Shown in pieces: positions 54,114 to 64,000 of a stretch of 64,000 nt of DNA; the first letter of the stretch is position 1; each line of letters starts with the position of its first letter. Position numbers and translations under genes: made by a program. The stretch is from the NCBI RefSeq assembly GCF_006345805.1, contig NC_042997.1, positions 139,376,001 through 139,440,000 of the forward strand, given 5' to 3'. Under the pieces are notes generated by a model. That model saw only the letters and a list, made by a program, of their open reading frames with translations. It made no database searches and had not been told where the DNA came from. Source of the stretch: Octopus sinensis (Eukaryota).

Positions 54114-54540
54114 AGTGAGAGAGCAGTTCATGCCATCAAAGTAACACTGGGGTAAAATATACGAAGCCCAATATACCCATCATGACTACCCGTCTGATAA
54201 GAGTACACCAGGCACATGCATCACAACCATATGTGTGCAACATGGTTATCTCATATCAAGATAAACAGCACATGACCTTGCAGGTGGGCCCCAATTAGAA
54301 TTTTCTTCAGGTTGAGTAGCCCATCCCGCTCAAACGGTCCCTGAATAAGGGTTGTTTAAGGATGTTGAAAGAACCACCCATGTTTCCAGAGGTGAACTAT
54401 TCAAACCCCAAAGAATCCCTCTCAACACATGGCTATGATGCTCCCCCACTACTTCTCCTCGTGATCAGAGATGCACATATCGTCAACCGCTAAGGGACAT
54501 GCTCAACTGGTTACGGTCAAACAACTGACAAGCAAATCTG
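54114..54540 (-). mobile_element. Same (AAT)n-tailed repeat, 5'-truncated copy
   Basis: Near-identical to 18221-18650; (ATT)n on both sides. Confidence 0.65.
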
Positions 54541-54578
54541 TTATTATTATTATTATATTATTATTATTATATTATTAT

Positions 54579-54634
<56 letters not shown>

Positions 54635-56000
54635 GCACACAATGAGATAGCGTCAGGTAAAATGGATTAACTTTAGGAGCTAGATTGATTTGGTGATTTT
54701 AGAGCTAATATCATGGTTTTCGAAACGATACCAACTTAATGTTCACACTACATATTTCCAGTCGGATAGTATAGGATGAGTGATTTGTCAGGACATCTCT
54801 AGAAATCAATAGAGACACCGATTCGAAGGACATGTGAGCTATTATTCAATCTGACTGAACATATTCGAGCAAACCAAAGGTTACCGCAAAAGCGGTAATC
54901 GGGCAAGAAATGAGTCAATAAAGAATGTCACGGAAAAACAAATACGAAGCAGAAATGTTTCCCAAATCAATTAGATCTACATTTTGCTTACTCAAAACTA
55001 CTCGTCATTAACACTCCAATCATTTTCACTACCTCCACTTCTTCCACTCACCCTCACACACTCTTTCCATCCTTATACACGCACACACTTCCATCTCCCT
55101 ACATACTTCATTTCCCGCTTTTGCACATTGGTTCAAGCGCAACCTAACACCCACTTCATCTCCCATTATTACACGCACTCATGCATATATACACAAATGC
55201 ACACATGCACTCATAGTCACCTCTCTTACATTTATTCACTTCAGCACCTGTCTAACATTAGCCCTCTACCCTGTAGACTTTCTTCTCTGACAGAAACCAG
55301 TATTTTTGCTCCTACTTTACCTTGCTGATATAGACCTAACTCGGATTACAATGATAATGGTCTCCTTATCTAGTATAGAACTTCTTTCAACCCGATATAG
55401 CTTCAACTTGCCTTTTACGAATTTTTATAACAATTATATGGACCTGTTGTATATAATTGGGTAAGAATTGAAGAATAATTAAAGGGTTAAGAGTCGGAAA
55501 GGTTATGGTCTCGGACACGAAAGAAGATTTTTTAAAAATTTGGTGTGATGAACTTTACTGTACTCTTATCTAAAACGTTTGTTTAACTACCTTCATGAGA
55601 AATTTGTCTAGGACACTCTTTCGAGTAGTTTTCTTATTTTTTTATCCAACTTTGCCACTGATCCATATCTCTTATGATAAAATTTACAATAAAGTAATAA
55701 TGAAACTTAAATTTCATCGCCATTGACGATTCCAGCAATATCTTCTACTTCAGATGAGACATAAAATATTATAGCGATTACGATATTTCATTTGCCAGGT
55801 ATGACTTTTTCAAAATTATATTTTCACGTAAAATCCTTATAAGACAAGGTTTTAAATAGATTTTGAAATATGTAGCCTGCCTCTCATACTTTGCAATGTA
55901 TCGCACATATAGTTTATCATTCTGAAGCAACCTCACAATTATATTTTCTTCTAAAATTAGTTGAACGTCTTAAAATTAAATATATAAAGATGTTTCTTAC

Positions 56001-56953
56001 CTCGGTCGACGAATATGAGTCCAGTTAACAAACCGATACATGTAATCCATAACTGGCGAAACGGAAGATATAATCCATTGGTTTGATTTACCACAATCCA
56101 TATATGGTTGTGTAAAATAAACCGGAAGTGGAATTTTTCCAGCTGTCTGACCAGGTTGACTTGGTCCAAAGAATGAATCAACACTATATTCCTGAGAAGT
56201 AAACGCTCCTGTATAATTGGAATATTTAAAACCAATATTGTAAGAGAATTTAGTAAGAGAATCCATACTACTCGAAGTATCAGGAAGTTCATAAACATTG
56301 TACCAAGGTGTTGTCTTTGAGGAAGGATCAGTATAATTGTGATTACTTGCACCAAAATCTTTGATCATTACTGTTTGTAAGGTCATCTCTCGAAGATAAT
56401 TATCTGAATCTCTTGAATCATCCCATCGCCAGGCAGACGGACCAAATAAAGGCAATGTTGTATTAAATTTGTACGGGTCCAACCAATTGGGATAAGAACA
56501 GTTATAGTCATAAAATAAACTGCTGCCGTTCAGACTAAATGGATTAGCATTGACATCAGCAACTGCTGACATATACATATACATCCAGCCTGGCAAACTG
56601 GGAAAATCACTCTTAGATTCATTGAATTTTTGTAGCATGTAGCTATGGAAATATGCTCTGTTTAATGCCATATTATGAAGATGCAAGAGTTTCGTGCGAT
56701 TTTTATACATGACCTTGCTCAAAAGTTCATTGTATTTTGGCAGCTGAGATACGACGTCTGCTCTCACAGTTAACTGGTCTCTCGATTTGCCTCTGCAGTT
56801 CTGCGGCGTGATTGCCGTAATTTTATCCTGTATTTCGTCGTAGTTATCATATTTCATCCATTCGAATTCTCCAGAAGTGTATGTTGTATACAAGAATACA
56901 ACAAACAGACAAGCTAGATGAAAGCTCACAGTACTGATTAACGTTTTCGCCAT
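56001..56953 (-). CDS. Coding exon A: signal peptide + Cache-like module 1 (aa 1-318)
   Basis: ATG at 56953 (AAGATGG). Hydrophobic MAKTLISTVSFHLACLFVVFLYTTYTSG. GPR158-type motifs ITPQNC and FTQPYMDCGKSNQWIISSVSPV. Acceptor tattttcag at 56990-56991, donor AG|gtaaga at 56000 (phase 2). Confidence 0.92.
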
Positions 56954-56961
56954 CTTGAATG

Positions 56962-56985
56962 TCACATCAAGTTATCTATTGCCAT
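56962..56985 (-). promoter_or_regulatory. Upstream ORF MAIDNLM* in the 5' UTR portion of exon A
   Basis: ATG GCA ATA GAT AAC TTG ATG TGA; the stop ends 8 nt before the main ATG. Confidence 0.55.
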
Positions 56986-58210
56986 TTGCCTGAAAATATT
57001 AAATAACTTATCAATTCCTCATTAAAACAGAAATGTTCAATGAATATATTTCTATATATGAAAAGTAAAAATTGATATTTGATTAATAGGAAACATACAG
57101 GCAGAAGCAAAAAAAATCTTATGCCAAATGGAACAAACATACGTTAGATTTTGTTTTTGCTTTCTTTTTTACTTCCTTTGCATGTTTTAAGTGACCAAAG
57201 TTCACATTTACATTCAATGTATATAGTACTGCATAAAATTATTCATTTCTATAAAAAAACATCATTGTCATTGATGTAGGTAAATCCGTTTTAAAATGAT
57301 AAGAACAATGAAATATATAAAAATACGCATACACATGTACACACACACACACTACTAAATACAGCCACGCACACACACTGATAAATACAAGCACACACAT
57401 ATACATACTCACGTAACACTAAATACAGGAAATTGAAATAAAATACACGTCATGTGAAAGAAAATGCCAGAGAATTAGGCAAGTTGTGAATAAAATATGG
57501 AGTACAACAGATAGAAATTACTCGAGGAAATTCTGAGGCAGCTTATGAACAAAAAAGAACGCATTTGTGTAATAAACTCTTCTGAGACAGATAAAGTAAG
57601 TACCAGTAAGTTAATGAGAACGCTCATTATGCACAAAAGCATAATCGTTCTTGTCATCGTCATCAATACCGCCATTACTACATTTCGTCTGTTTTTACGC
57701 TCTGAGTTCTAATTCCGCCTTTCATCCTTTCGGGGTCGATAAGATAAGTACCAGCCGAGTACTTGGGTCGGTATAATAGACTATCCCCCTCCACAAAATT
57801 TTAGGTCTTGTGCCTATAGTAGAAAGGATTGTTATTATTATGTTTTTCTTTGAAAAGCGGTGCCTGACAAAATGCCGAGGTCGAGTTTGTCTTTCCTACT
57901 TTCAGGGTTGATAAAATAAGTACCAGTCAAGTACTGGAGTCGATGTGTTCCACTTGCCTCCCAACCACAAAAAGTGCTGGGCCTGAGTCAAGATTCGTAT
58001 CCATTTACACAAGCTGCATCCAAATCTCAACCAGAGACGTCAAAGTGCAACAGGTTTCTGCACTTGTCCCATTTGTATGCACCTAAATATCAAAACAGGT
58101 GTGTGCCATACATCTGAAAAAAACTGGTGTCTATCTTATATATCAAAAAAATCTCATTGTAAAATGTATAAGATTGTATATACATGCAGAGGAATTTTAT
58201 TATACTTATT

Positions 58211-58535
58211 GAGTGAGAGAGCAGTGCATGTCATCTGAAACTGGGGTACAAATATACGAAGCCCAGTATACCCATCATGACTACCCGTCTGATAAGGGTA
58301 CAACAGTACATGCATCCAACGATATGTGTGCGGCATGGTAACCTTGTATCAAGATAAACAGCGCACGACCTTGCGGGTGAGGCCCAGTTAGGATTTTCTT
58401 CAAGTTAAGTAGCTCAAACGGTCCCTGAATAAGAGTCATTTAAGAATAATGAACGAAAGACCCATATTTTCAGTGGTGAATTATTCAAATTCCAAAGAAT
58501 TCCTCTCAGCACACGGCTATCATGCTCCCCCACTA
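58211..58535 (-). mobile_element. Same repeat family, diverged 5'-truncated copy
   Basis: GAGTGAGAGAGCAGT..GCTCCCCCACTA shared. Confidence 0.6.
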
Positions 58536-59431
58536 TTCATCATCATCATCATCATCATTATCATCATTAAGGCAGCGAGCTGGTAGAATCGTTAACACGG
58601 CAGATAAAATGCTTATCTTTACGCTTTGAGATAAAGTTGATCTCGGAAGACTTCTTCGGAGATCAACTTTATGATTCATCCTTTCGGGATCGATTAAATA
58701 AATACCAGTTGCTTAGGCGCAGACACAGCTGTGTGATAAGAACTTTGCTTCTCAACCACATGGTTCCGGGTTCAGTTTTACTGCATGGCACCTTGGGCAA
58801 CTTTCCTTCTACTATAACCTCCCGCACCACCACTTAACCGGAATTATGCAATTTATGTAAAAAAAATTCAAAGTTCAATCACTACTCGTCTTGACTAGAA
58901 TTGAGTCAATTAATCTAAATAAGATTTCCCTACGGTTCGAACCCTTCTCAACACCAACTTGGTAAGATTATCTCTTTGACGACATGTTGACACAGACAAA
59001 ATTAATTCCTAAGGCAGTTAAGATAAGGACAATGACAAATTAAAAAAAGATAAGGACAATGACAAATTAAAAAAGATAAGAGCAATGACAAAAAATAAAT
59101 AATGTGGTACACTACGGCCAACAGTCTTGTGGGGGAGAGGAGGCACATGGCCTAGTGTTCAGGGTGTTGCACTCACGATCGCGAGATTGTGGTTTCAAAT
59201 CCCGGACTGGTGGGACATTGTGTTTTTGAGCAAAATGGTTCATCTCATGTTGCTCGGCGATCACTTCGACACAGCACGTGTGGTATACCGTGCACTTTTT
59301 CAGGCCACTTCGATTTGGTGAGAATGTGCTAATGTACTGCAGATACGTTTGGTCATTATTAACAAGTCAATTTGTACAGGTCGTTCAGCAAAAGTGAACA
59401 CTCATACGTTGTTTCGAGGTGAGATTCCATC

Positions 59432-59462
<31 letters not shown>

Positions 59463-59546
59463 TGTGTCTGCGTGTGCATTTGTGTGTGTATGAACATACA
59501 CGTAGATACATTGACATACATACATACATACATACATATACATACA

Positions 59547-59579
<33 letters not shown>

Positions 59580-60496
59580 TGTGTGTATAGAGGCACAATG
59601 GTCCAGTGGTTAGGGCAGCGGACTTGCAATCGTAGGATCGCGGTTTCGATTCCAAGACCGGGCATTGTGAGTGTTTAATGAGCGCGAATATCTAAAGCTC
59701 CACGTGGCTCCGGCAGAGGCTGCTGGCGAACCCTGCTGTACTCTTTCGCCACAACTTTCATTCTTTCTTCCTGTTTCTGTTGTACCTGTATTTCAAAGGG
59801 CCAACCTTGTCACACTTTGTGTCACGCTGAATCTCCCCGAGAACTACATTAAGGTTACACGTGTTTGTGGGGTGTTCAGCCACTTGCACGTTAATATCAC
59901 GAGCAGGCTGTTCCGTTGATTGGATCAACAGGAACCCTCGTCGTCGTAACCGACGGAATGCCACGATATATATATGGGCTCAACTCTCCTCCCCTCTTCA
60001 TCTAACCTCCTCCCCATCGCACCCCATCGTGCCCAACCCCATCCTTTACACCCACTCCCACATACCCCACCCTACCTCCACCTTCCGCCTACCCACATAC
60101 CACACCTCTACCCCCACCCTCAGCCTTACCCCATCCTTGTTTTCCCCACTCTCGCCTCCCTACCATCACACCACCCACACACCACTACATTACACCACAC
60201 ATCACATCACAACACACCACCACGCACACATCAGCACTGAACACTACTTCCCAGACCCACATTTTTACACCTACACATACACACACGCACACGTCAAAAT
60301 CACCAGCCCTCTTCCACACGCACATACAAACTCTCTTATACACATGCACGCGCACCTTCTTTTTGGGATCACCACTACTTTATTATCTCCTCTTCTCCCT
60401 AGCTCTCTTGTGTGAACCTTCTGTCTGGCATTCGCCATGATAGATCGCTAGCCACTACACATTCTTCATTTTCTCTCCTTGTTTCTTTCTGTGTTC

Positions 60497-60532
60497 CTTT
60501 CTGAAGAAGGGCGTATGCTCGAAACGTTGAAG
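60497..60532 (+). ncRNA. Minimal hammerhead-like motif (core intact, one extra A)
   Basis: cttt-CTGAAGA-A-GGGC gtat GCTC-GAAA-CGTT|gaag. Confidence 0.5.
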
Positions 60533-60925
60533 ACTTTTCACTTCCCGAGCGTTATACTAATACATCTGTTTGCTGTCTACGCCACCTGTCTTCGTCTTTT
60601 GTTTCTTGCTTTTTTTGTGAATTCTCCCTATACACACACACACACACACATATATATATATGGACATGAATACATGAACACACACACACATATATATATA
60701 CATATACACTATGTATTTAATGTGGAATATGTGGTGTTCGTTCACCGAAACATACGTAACATTGGTTTCACTTTTCTTTTCCGCAATTTGCGATTGTTAT
60801 AATCTCTTAAGATTATAACATGCCCTTATAATATACTGCCTTGGAATTGACTGATTGTTTCATTAATAATTGATCAAAGTATAACTAATCAGTCATCAGA
60901 TAATCAAAAATAATGTTTTCGCTTC

Positions 60926-61137
60926 CACGAGGGTAAGTTCCTAGCTTTGGGTAAGAGAAAATACAAGAGGATCAGTTAATTATGATTTTATTCAACATAT
61001 TCCCCTCTCAGATTCACACACTTATTTCAGCGGTCCTTCAGTTTTTCTAAGCCTTGTAAAAAGCTCGGAAGATGGCGCCTTCAACCAGGCCTTTCGCGAT
61101 GCCTATAAAGCCAGGAACTTTTCAGCACCACCTCGTA
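60926..61137. mobile_element. mariner-type MITE (copy 1)
   Basis: Right end AAAGCCAGGAACTTTTCAGCACCACCTCG|TA is an imperfect inverted match to left CACGAGGGTAAGTTCCTAGCTTT. Confidence 0.55.
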
Positions 61138-61701
61138 TCTATCTATCTATATGTCTGTCTGAACAAATCGACCACTGTACTTATTTTATAAAGCCTGGCA
61201 CCTATTTCTTTTGCCTAACTGCTGAATTACAGAAGCACGAACAAACCAGTATTTGGTTATAAAGTGAGCTTCATAACCATACAGCCATGCCTGCACCTTT
61301 TATAAAAAAAAACACGTTCCCGCCCAGTGTAATATTGGGAAAGAATGTAGGGTAAGAATAACAAACAATTAAGTATACAAAAAGACCTACACACACTGAT
61401 GCATATGTCACACTTTTGTATATCTTTATAAATACACATGTATTCGTGCCTCTTACAACACACAGTGGCAAATATACAATCATAAACGCATTTATACTTA
61501 AACACATACACACAATAAATCTCACAATAATTGGTACATACACACACACACACACACACACTAGCTTTTCACTTCCTATAGAAAAAATTATAATAACAAT
61601 GTTATTGATCAATATATCACACATCGTTGACTACGTAGCTTAAAACCCAAAACAACCGTCTCAACACTTGATATACAGCTTCGCCTACACACACAGACAC
61701 G

Positions 61702-61745
<44 letters not shown>

Positions 61746-62066
61746 CGGACAGACAGACAGACAGATACATACACACACACAACACACACATATATATATA
61801 TGGACATGAATACATGAACACACACACACATATATATATATACATATACACTATGTATTTAATGTGGAATATGTGGTGTTCGTTCACCGAAACATACGTA
61901 ACATTGGTTTCACTTTTCTTTTCCGCAATTTGCGATTGTTATAATCTCTTAAGATTATAACATGCCCTTATAATATACTGCCTTGGAATGACTGATTGTT
62001 TCATTAATAATTGATCAAAGTATAACTAATCAGTCATCAGATAATCAAAAATAATGTTTTCGCTTC

Positions 62067-62277
62067 CACGAGGTAAGTTCCTAGCTTTGGGTAAGAGAAA
62101 ATACAAGAGGATCAGTTAATTATGATTTTATTCAACATATTCCCCTCTCAGATTCACACACTTATTTCAGCGGTCCTTCAGTTTTTCTAAGCCTTGTAAA
62201 AAGCTCGGAAGATGGCGCCTTCAACCAGGCCTTTCGCGATGCCTATAAAGCCAGGAACTTTTCAGCACCACCTCGTA
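62067..62277. mobile_element. mariner-type MITE (copy 2, inside the tandem duplication)
   Basis: Near-identical to 60926-61137. Confidence 0.55.
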
Positions 62278-62844
62278 TCTATCTATCTATATGTCTGTCT
62301 GAACAAATCGACCACTGTACTTATTTTATAAAGCCTGGCACCTATTTCTTTTGCCTAACTGCTGAATTACAGAAGCACGAACAAACCAGTATTTGGTTAT
62401 AAAGTGAGCTTCATAACCATACAGCCATGCCTGCACCTTTTATAAAAAAAAACACGTTCCCGCCCAGTGTAATATTGGGAAAGAATGTAGGGTAAGAATA
62501 ACAAACAATTAAGTATACAAAAAGACCTACACACACTGATGCATATGTCACACTTTTGTATATCTTTATAAATACACATGTATTCGTGCCTCTTACAACA
62601 CACAGTGGCAAATATACAATCATAAACGCATTTATACTTAAACACATACACACAATAAATCTCACAATAATTGGTACATACACACACACCACACACACAC
62701 ACACTAGCTTTTCACTTCCTATAGAAAAAATTATAATAACAATGTTATTGATCAATATATCACACATCGTTGACTACGTAGCTTAAAACCCAAAACAACC
62801 GTCTCAACACTTGATATACAGCTTCGCCTACACACACAGACACG

Positions 62845-62888
<44 letters not shown>

Positions 62889-62907
62889 CGGACAGACAGA
62901 CAGACAG

Positions 62908-62938
<31 letters not shown>

Positions 62939-63439
62939 ATAATAATGTCATAAAAAATACATAGACGTAGATAAATATTTCCCAGTTATACAGAATAAAT
63001 ATTTTGAACTAAACGATTTAACAACAGGGCTCAATAACGGTGAAAAAGAGAGAAATTTAGGGCGATAATTACAGGGTGTTCGGCCTTAACTTGGCGATTC
63101 TTTTATATCTTTCTTCGGGAACAGCTTAGTATTGGTGAACAATCGATAGTGTTGGAGAGCATAAAGATTAAAGTTGTAGTTTAGGATAAGTTATCTGGCA
63201 TGGAGGACTGGAAGTTACCTGAATATTGGAAAATATTTCCCTGTTCTATGATAATTCGCTCCAGGTATCGAAATACCGACATCATGACTGATGTTCCACG
63301 TTCTGTGAACACAGTAAACGCTGTAAGGCATGATACGTACAGCTTCAACGGACTGTGTGATATCATGGCCGCAGGAAGAGACACAGCAGACCATCCGCCT
63401 GTGTCCGCACGCCTGAATTCATCACTGCATCTTTGAACA

Positions 63440-63790
63440 GTACTTTAAGCTCAATTCTGAAGGCTATATGAAGCTGTGGAGCCTGTGAGGAGAGTATTGT
63501 TGCTCGAAGGCCATACGTGTAACAGTAGGATTCGGCTCTTTGCCATGCCTCCTGAAAAAGTCAGAAGTGGTTGTCGGAGAATTTCTATGACTTCATCAGC
63601 CCCAATTTCTGGCCTCCGAATTCCCCTGAGTATAATTTCATGGATCATTGTGTGAGGGCACGATTGAGAAAGACACAAACCGCTCTGCTTGCAGCACCAA
63701 GACTGAGCTGGTGGACTAAAGGTGTTTGAAGGAATGCATACGCCAGATTCCGGAGCCGTCTTGAGGATGTGGTGGAAATTGAAGTGGATC
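63440..63790 (+). mobile_element. Tc1/mariner (maT/DD37D-like) transposase fragment
   Basis: PYV*Q*DSALCHAS*KSQKWLSENFYDFISPNFWPPNSPEYNFMD. A possible TIR start TA|CAGGGTG lies at 63070. Confidence 0.75.
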
Positions 63791-64000
63791 TTTGAGCAAA
63801 CTGTTATCTCCAGCTATAATTTAGTTGATATTTTTTGACTTTATAAAAGTACTTTTATTTTTAGATGGAGTATTGCGGTTCCTTTTCCTTCTAATAACCC
63901 GAACTTTCTGGAGAGGGCGCGATACGTAAATACAGCTGATGCGGTGAGATGCTTGAAAATAAAATCAAGCCACAAAATTAAAATATGTTCACAATATAAT

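Larger units (their letters stand above)
60650..62936. repeat. Tandem duplication with a ~1140 bp period, near identical
   Basis: TGGACATGAATACATG at 60661 and 61801; the junction lies in (CA)n. Confidence 0.95.

Noticed and set aside
56954-56965. GTG start used by the ORF track
   Set aside because: This is a eukaryotic gene; the ATG at 56953 has good context and starts the signal peptide.

Overview
AT-rich, microsatellite-saturated animal genomic DNA. The SINE, Penelope and (TA)n landscape looks like an octopus genome (inference). I found one protein-coding gene, on the minus strand, and rebuilt it by hand from 7 coding exons: 56001-56953, 44281-44410, 27170-27335, 24911-25925, 23604-23718, 20779-20933 and 17837-17936. 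These total 2634 nt = 877 aa + stop, all six introns are GT-AG and all phases join without adjustment. The product is signal peptide + GPR158/GPR179-type Cache-like ectodomain + EGF-like domain + linker with two furin sites (RKKR, RFRR) + a second Cache-like/EGF-like module + a C-terminal GPI-anchor-like signal. It has no 7TM domain, so it appears to be a tandem, 7TM-less, probably cleaved and GPI-anchored relative of a class C GPCR ectodomain. This is the main candidate novel system. The rest of the window is mobile DNA and repeats: a full-length decayed piggyBac with intact ends, a decayed mariner and other Tc1/mariner remnants, several Penelope-like (GIY-YIG) fragments with hammerhead-ribozyme motifs and recurrent fold-back arrangements, an RTE fragment, a (TAA)n-associated repeat family, three tRNA-headed SINE families, Helitron-like elements, long palindromes and tandem duplications. 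Nearly all other ORFs in the supplied track are microsatellite artefacts. Repeat coordinates are approximate and were read by eye.
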